From positions 62,001-126,000 of the forward strand of contig BDGG01000006.1 in NCBI GenBank assembly GCA_001949185.1: 64,000 nt of DNA, given 5' to 3'. The notes below the pieces were generated by a model that saw only the letters and a list, made by a program, of their open reading frames with translations, had not been told where the DNA came from and did no database searches. The stretch comes from Ramazzottius varieornatus. Lineage: Eukaryota; Animalia; Tardigrada. The translations under genes and the position numbers were made by a program. Of the stretch, positions 56,201 through 64,000 are shown piece after piece. The stretch's first letter is position 1; every line of letters starts with the position of its first letter.

Positions 56201-56982
56201 GCAATTATGAATGGGCAAACAGTGTTTAGTCGAGTAAGATCTCTTGCTGTACATGTTTGGCTTGTGCGGAGCAACTGAAAGCGCCGTCCATACGGCGCTT
56301 TTCAAGGTGTCGCCCACGGGGGAACACTATAAGACAATGTTCAGGGTTTCGGATGGGGCACCGCGCTCCATTGTAAGTTCTCTACGTCCGAAATGTCCGG
56401 GAAGGTGTGGATTACGAGAACGATGTAACAGGAACCTTCCAAAAGTTGCTTTTGACTGAAGATTGTTGTCTCCAGTTGAACCGTATGGTCCAACTCGAGC
56501 CTTCTGCATGTGGCGCCACTGGCGCCACATGCGACATGGACCAGTGGTGCTGCATGGTGATTACGCTGGTGACGCCTTCCTCTAGTAAAAAAATCTGTGT
56601 TGGGTTCCTTGCTATTCTGTGGACCATGCATGAATTTTCTGGCAGGATCTTCGTGAAAACAGGAAGGCAGTTTTGTTACTTCGGCAAACTTACACTTTCA
56701 ATCAGACTCGCTTCTTGTAGGAAGCGACACCGACACCAATCAGACATGGACAAACTTCAATGGTATTGGTCTAATGAACAACCACAGGGCAAAAGTAGAA
56801 ACAAATTATGGGCTGATTACAAAAAGTAACGATTGGCACTTTGAGTTCAAATGACGTGAATATCCGTATGTTTGGCCAAGCGACGATCGCCTATCCGCCT
56901 GCTCGATAGAAAAGCAGCCTGTTTCAGGAGAAGCACAATCCGCTGACGTCTTTGCAGCGTCGAAAATGCAGTGGAGCATATC

Positions 56983-58372
56983 TCACATATGGCGAGTGTT
57001 GCCAAAATTCTGACCGGCCTGATTGGCGCCTGTAACGTAGACAAATTTTGAAGACACGCTAGGCGTCAAGAGCTGGGCTGTTTATTTATAAGAGTTCATC
57101 CTAGTTGCGTCGGGGTAGAACCGCTCGATTACGAAGGTATGAGCAGTCCGACGCGCACTGAGTTTTTCCCTATGTGATACGGTATTAGGGAAATGTTCTG
57201 ATACTTGCCTTTATTGGTGCCCATTTGTAAATGAATGATGCCTTCGCCAGCGCGCATCTGTTCTTCCGTGAATTCCCGTTTCGACTGTATAAACAACAAA
57301 CTTAGTAGTTTAACATACTATATATAGACTATTATGAACTCAAAGTAGGAAGTACTAGCCCGGCTAGATTAGAATTTATTCAGAGACCAGCACTCGTCGT
57401 GTCCCCATGAGATCCTATTTACCTCCTCCGAAACCCGCGGGCCAAATGCCGGCAGATGAGGATGTGTCTTTTGCAGCTGCAGAAAAATGAACAATTTGCG
57501 AACAAAGACCGTGCATATGGTCCGTCGGAAATATATCTCCTTTATGACTGGAAACGAGTTGATCAACATAAGTGAATACATACAACGCTGCCAAGGGAGC
57601 TGAGGCAGTTGGTCACTTGCGAAAGATTGCGTCGTTCCCACAGATCGACCGTCTGGAAAACGTCGGTCTCACGAACTCCCAACTTCTTGCACGCGTCTTG
57701 GAAGGCGGCGATATTTTCCATCAGCTTGAACTGCCCTGGTCCGCTGTTGATGCGGGGAATCAATCCTGGATTGATCTTTTGAGCAAACCTGTCAACGAGG
57801 ATTGGTGTACTCTTCCCCAAAAGGAACACGTCAGGCTGGAATTAAGGGTTAGGCTGTGAGAATGCCGTATAAACTGGAAGCGGAACCGACCTGCACAGTA
57901 CTTGTCCATCCCGAAGGATATCCTCATAAGCGCCTCCTGGTGGTCGTTCGCCCAGAATGGAGTAGATCCACTGTAGAGCTGCCTGCTCCTGGTCTGGATC
58001 CCGTTTTCCTTGTAGCTATAATCGCCCATATAGTGAATAATCACATAGCTGTCTTTTCACTAGTCGTTTTTGCAGATACTTGACAAGACAAACACCGGGC
58101 GCTGATGAAGACAGCCCACACATCCATCTAGGGTTCGCCAATATGGTTTCCGCTTTCTTGCAGAAACGCTTACGGAAAGTCTTTCGGGGATTTGCGTACG
58201 GTGTAAGGAAGGAAAATAAATTTTGAAAATGTTCAAATGTCAAAATGGAATGGCACGCATGAACAGTCAAAATGGTCGTTCACGGTTGAGGTACAAGAAA
58301 TCAATGCAGATGCCGTCTTACCTTGCGGGAAACAGCAGCGCTCAGGCCGTAAGATGGTCCGGTGTTGGACAT
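56983..58372 (-). CDS. Muscle protein 20 / myophilin / transgelin-like (CH domain + calponin repeat)
   Basis: MSNTGPSYGLSAAVSRK / LQGKRDPDQEQAALQWI...ILRDGQVLC / FKLMENIAAF...DVFQTVDLWE / FGPRVSEE / KREFTEEQMRAGEGIIHLQMGTNK / GANQAGQNFGNTRHM*. Confidence 0.93.
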
Positions 58373-60322
58373 TGTGACGTGTACGATGGAAAACAGGAAG
58401 GCGACGAGGATACGACACAATAATGAAGCGTTAGATGGAAGGATAGTATGTCAAAGGCACCTTCCAAGTTGGTTATGATCGTCAAAGGATACTGCAGTTG
58501 GGCCTCGCTGTTCGTGCTGGGAAAACATTCGTCGTCAACAGCCGAAGCTTTAGCCGGCTAAAAATGGCTCGGTACACTGTCTGCCAGCTTCGACAGCAAA
58601 CTTCAAGAAGGGACGCCCACGTCTTTCACTGTACTCCGTACAAGTTGACGAGGCACCGGCAAAAATCTTGGTCGAAACTAGAAAGCCTCCTTGTCTTCCG
58701 TTGTAGTCGAGAAGTTTTATAGACTTGCCCGATGAAACTCTGATTTAGAAGCGTGATTCACTCGTCCCAGCCGTCATACGTACTGGCCAAGATTTGCTAA
58801 ATTATTCATCACCCAGAAGCTCGGCTGATCGCCGTACAGTAATCCGCAAATGTTTACGCAGCCAGATTACTGGTTCAAACCCGAATTTGCTGTTTACCAA
58901 AAAAAATATTGACACATTCGTTTTTCTCTTTTTGAGAGCTACTCTTTCAGGCACAGACAGGTGGAATGATCGAGTTTGATCGGTATACATTACTATTTTT
59001 CGGTTTACGGTAACACTTGACTCTTTGATACCGCTCTTTGACCTTTTGGTGCATGGACAGGTGCTCTTGTTGTTGAAAGTAGCGATCTGTACGTTTTGTG
59101 GCTATTTTGCCCAATCTAAATTATTGCAAATTAGGATATAACATCATGTAATGGATTTGAACCAATAAGCAAGACAATCAAGATGAGTACTTCAGCGTAC
59201 GTGATGCTGGGCAGGATAATTTGCGGTTGGTGTACAGTGTGTACAGCACGATATCCCAATTTGGGCATGCTAACTCAGCAGCATCTCATGTACCATCTGT
59301 CGCGTGGCTCTCACTTCGCACATGGAGACGCCTATCATATCTTCTGCCGTTATATTTTCTAGACGTGCTCGGTCTGCCGTTAAGGATGGCACCCTGTTCG
59401 AATGTCGCACACATCTTACAAATATATACATCCGGGCAAATGCGGATGGAGAGATCGATAAGCGCGCTGCGGTATCCTGTTTGGAAATTAGCCTGACGCT
59501 TGTGGTCAAAGAACATAGACAAACTACCTGTACGTTTCCGTCCGTCAGCTCAGAACGCAAATAGCCTAAAAAGACGAGTATTTGAGCTGTCACTTACTAA
59601 CGAGCCACAATACGTATTCTGTAAGCTCGTGGCGCCCCCACAGGGACTCTATCCAGTATCTACTGCACATTCAACACTGCCAGGCAAGATTTTCAACGGC
59701 GAGTCATAGGAAGCGTCAGGGGAAACGCGGAACTGCCTCTGATGATTCTAGTGTCGGTAAAACCCTCCGCTTTTATCGACGACGTAAAAGTCCGAACGAA
59801 TATTACAAAGAAGGCAAGAAACATGGTGGCCGCAAGCCCAAAGATAAACAAGAAACACCACAACAGAAGAAAACAAACTGTGTATATGTCAAACTAGAAA
59901 AAAGAACTTTCCAAACACAACAAGAATATGATTCCAGTGGAAAAATCTTGACCAAAAATCGCTGTCAACTTCAAGTGCTGTAGATGGACAAGGCAGTGAG
60001 TGATGTTGGTCCAATGAGAATATCCAAAAGGGTCATGGATGCTTGCCGGACGGAAGGTGGACGGCGTGTGGAAAGTTATAATCTGGAAACGATGAGTTGT
60101 AGGAAGGAGTCATGGAAGGAATAAACTTACGAAGGGCAAAAGTCTGCTATGGATATAATCTGTGCTGTCGAGGAAGGTTCTCTCCGTCAGGACTTTATGC
60201 GGGGTCCATGGAGAGCAGTCAGATGAGCTCTGAAAAGAAGGGAGGGTTATTGTAGCCTTGCGGAATTGAGACTTGAAGCAGTGGAGAACCTTTAGCAGGT
60301 AGAAGTTGGCAAAGAGCGGGCT

Positions 60323-62488
60323 TTATTCGGCTTTGACAGGCCACAAGTCTGAAGAAGCCGCCAGGAATACCTGGAACTAGAGATGAAGAGGGAGGTGAGG
60401 GAGAAGGGCAGAAGAAATAAGACGCAATAAATAAAGGAGGTGGCGTACCTCTTCTTCGGTCTTTGGGATATCAAAGATTTCGGCAAAGAGGGGAGGGAGA
60501 GTGGTGAGGTACTTGGACTGTAGCCTATACCAGTGCAGCTTGTCGTTGTGACGGGCGTTGAGAGCGCGTAGTTCGGGCAGCAGCCCCATCACCGACTGAA
60601 AGATGTATGGGTCGTTATTGCGCGGCCTGGTCAGCTGCATCTTTAGAGCTTCCTTGATACGCTCGTAGGACTGCTCCACCGACTTGATGTCTTGTAGGTG
60701 AGCCCGACCTATACAACGTGCCACACAAGACATTCTCTTCTTCTACAATAGAGGCAGACATTTGCTAATGGTAGATATTACTTGGTGTGTAAAGTAGCAG
60801 AGCCGACAAAAGTCCAATGTCGGCGTCGTTCAAATTCAGCGATTGCACATCGGCTGCAAACTTGAAGATGCCAGCCGCCATATCATTCTATAAGAGGAGG
60901 CGCTGTCAGATGATGACCGTAACTTATATGATGGGTGCTTGTCACCTCCAGTATGAGATCGAGCTGTTGTTTGGTGACGTAGCTGCCATCGTTGAAGGTC
61001 AGCTGGTGATGATCGGCCATCTTGGAGATGTGCAGAAGCCATATCTCGAAGAAGGCGCCCTTGATCAGTAGCAGTTGGTCGTCTTGGGAGAGATGACAGA
61101 AGCTGGGAGCTCGCTTGGCGAACTCGACGGTGCGCTGGATGGCTGGGTTAATCAAGTTGGCCAGGTTCTGCCACATGATCATCTTCTGCATGTGCATGCT
61201 GTCCGGACTGCTGCTTGCCTTTGGCAGATGGTGGCTGCTCAGCGAGGAAGCAGTGTTGAGGTCGACAGTCTATAAGAAAGGTGGCTATGAGGAGTGAGGC
61301 CGTAAGCTGAAGACATCAAGTATATAGTCTTACCAGTATGGCCGGATGACGATTCAAGTGGCGTATCTTCTCATCGGTATAGAAGCAGTTACTGTTATGG
61401 GCTTGAGTAACGGTCAGGATGATGTCGTAGATGGCCAGGTGTTGTTCGCTGTCGACATCCAGGACGGTCCCTCCGCCGCTGTCATCCAGGCTGCCGTTGG
61501 CCGATGAGAAATTGGGCTGAGAGTGGGAATCGGGCGAGGCGCTCTTGACAGACTGTCCCAGGGAAAAGACACTGTCCGAGTTCAGCTGGGAAGCAGCAGA
61601 TGGCAACTTGTCCGGCAGTCGGGGACGCTTCGGTACTCGGCCATATCGAACCGCTAGACATATAAGTCAACTCTTTGTCATTTGTACCTTGGTCCCTTAG
61701 ACTCATTACTTACAGTCACGAGACATGCCCACCGCCATGCACTTTTTGAAACGGCAATACTGGCAGCGATTGCGATTGAGGCGTAGAACCAGGCATTTGC
61801 CGTCCCTTAGACATCGATATTCAATCTGCTTCTGGATGGAACGTCGGAAGAAGCCCTAGGCACAGAAGACAAAGTCTTGGTCAGCCTTGGCGCTGCTATG
61901 TATGCCTACCACGTCTGCTCTATACCTTGCAGCCTTCACAGCTGGTGACGCCGTAATGGTAGCCCGAAGCCTTATCACCGCAGACTTTACAAGGAACAAA
62001 GGCTTTGCTAGGAGTGGAGGAGTTGGAATCGGCTGCAGCTTGAACGTTGCCATCTAAGAGATGATAAAGGTCTTACAGCAATCAACTAAACGCCAAGGGA
62101 GGTGCGGGCCACATACCGCCGTCCTTGCTGTCGCAGATATCGGAGGTGGTGGTGCTGGCTTCCAGCTGCTGTAGTGCATTGAGCTTGTGCTGGTCGGTGG
62201 GGGAGTGGAGGTCGCAACAGTCCAGCAGGACTTTACAGCAAGTGCCACCCGGCCAGGTTGTCGAGTCGCCAGCACGCTGAAGAGGAACTTGGCTCTCTCC
62301 TTGACCATCCACCTTCAGCGGGCCGTCACTGCCAGTACTGACCGTCTCTCCTGCCCCACCAACAGTCCCATCACTGCTGTCAGCTGCTCGGTACAGCGAC
62401 GTCGACGTCGACATAACATCTTTGCCCTTGCGGTACATTGACTTATATTCTTCCTCTCCAGCCCCCTGCCTCCTGCCACTGGCGCCAC
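60323..62488 (-). CDS. Eip78C: Nuclear receptor E78 (Eip78C, NR1E); upstream exon(s) and start codon not resolved
   Basis: [28 protein letters not shown]|[47 protein letters not shown]|[24 protein letters not shown]...DDQLLLIK and [12 protein letters not shown]. Last exon [15 protein letters not shown]. Confidence 0.9.
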
Positions 62489-64000
62489 CTGTAAGAGGAA
62501 GACTTTAATCAAGCAGCTGATAGTCCCTCAAACTTGTCTAATTGGCGCTGCACTAACAGTTATATTACAAACTTCAATATTCAACATTTGAGCCTTGCTG
62601 TCCCCGTCGACCGCCATTGAAAGTGGCAACTTGCCACAAACTGCCCAACCCAAGATGGATGTACAAGCAGGATGGCATATCTTCATGTCATAGCACCATC
62701 TATCCCTGCTTTTTCTCTCTTCATTTGCAAAAGAGTTACCTTAGTGAGGGCTGTAAGAAAAGAGGGGTGGAAACAGCTGAGGCGGTGTCAATGATCGCTT
62801 CCGTCTTCCTTAACTGGTCATTGACCACTACCATAGCTTTCTCTGACGTCATTGACGAGGTATGCGTCAATTTAATAGAGGTGAAAAACTCCCTTCCGCT
62901 ATAATTATCGTAAGAAAGTCACGGGGCAAACTTTCAAGAGTCTTCAGTGGCTGTTAGTTTCATGATGGACACCTATCGTCCAACAGCTCAGTAAGGTTGC
63001 CAACGACTTGATTGGTCACTTGAAGTGCTGATATTCTTTCAACTAGTGACTGGTCAACTTCATTGTGCTTGAGGTCGTTGTCCTCTTGGTCTACATGACT
63101 TGATTGCGCTAATTTATGGCGACGAAGAATGGCCATAGAATGCAGCGGCAGAAGGTGCGCATATGTCTCTGCCTTTCTTTCCTCTTCCCTACCACCATAC
63201 AGCAGCAAAAGACAATGCAGCAGCAGCAGAAGACTTGGGGCCCCAATGGAGCCACCGACAATATCTGCCCCAAAGATAACAAAACTTCATCCAGCAAACA
63301 AAACCGCTCAAACCTACCATCTTCTAAGCCAATGTCCCTGCCAAGAAGAAAGAGGATAAAATGGGATGAAAGCATGATGACCTTTGTGCAGCTAAATGGG
63401 ATAAAATGGGAAGGATAATTGCTTACGTTGCAGAGAAGGGAGAGCTTAGGCAACTGCTTAGTCATTGTTGGGAGACGTCGTTGAAGGTATTACTTAGATG
63501 AAGCAATAAGTCTCAAGTTGCCTTAATTGCCATCTCCGTGCATAACTGTGTACTGTCAAGGTGTAGTGAGGAGCCTGCAGAGGCGTCAATAACCCCACAT
63601 TGATAGCAGAGGCTTGTACCGTTACGTTCTGACAGAGCGCAGAGAGCTACCGTCAAGAGAAGCAACCTTGACAGTGACCACTTCCGCTTTACCTTATTAC
63701 ACCAACAAAGAAGACCTCCCTCACACGCTCTGTAACGACTGACCATACCTAATGCCACAAATAGACAGCCTCAGCTCTCTTAACTTGCCCTTCTGCAACA
63801 CTTTTCCCACAGTCAACTTTTCCAATAAGGATAAAGAGCTCTTCGCATATGACAATTTCATCCATTGCGCCTAGCTCAACTCCTCAACTTTCTACTGTAG
63901 CAGAAACCTAAGGTATCGACAACCTAAAGCATTAGCCTAGGCTGGTTGAACGTACACGCTGCCGCTTCGAACACGCTTCAATTCTTCATGGTGCAAAGTG

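Noticed and set aside
53326-56830. ORFs of 100-160 aa between the PDZ and MP20-like genes, including an LELDH HNH-like word
   Set aside because: No full motif, no clear coding bias and no splice model; most likely UTR, intron or intergenic sequence.
62490-63210. Candidate upstream coding exons of E78
   Set aside because: The donors I found are phase 2, whereas the exon at 62488 needs phase 1, so they were left unannotated.

Overview
Compact, intron-rich invertebrate (ecdysozoan-type) genomic DNA with mostly 60-110 nt introns. A tardigrade such as Ramazzottius is plausible, but that is inference only. There are no prokaryotic features. Hand-spliced gene models, in order: single HMG-box protein (-), Ena/VASP (-), SLC25A29-like mitochondrial carrier (+), disabled OATP/SLCO pseudogene (+), Limpet/LIM-9 PET+6LIM protein (+), a divergent Slo/BK-family channel (+), WDFY3/Alfy (-) head-to-head with Rictor (+), a three-PDZ-only protein of the Zasp/Enigma PDZ type (-), a MP20/transgelin-like calponin-homology protein (-), and nuclear receptor E78 (-, 5' end uncertain). 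Three small MITE-like inverted-repeat elements are visible. The most striking observation is the apparently intact Slo paralogue. Its K+ selectivity filter TVGYGD is replaced by LLDLSG and the S4 gating arginine is lost, while the Ca2+ bowl, the RCK1 Asp and the CxxCH motif are kept. Also notable are the triple-PDZ protein and a WDFY3 with no FYVE domain. Exon boundaries were read by eye and are approximate unless stated; homologue comparisons are from memory, not database searches.
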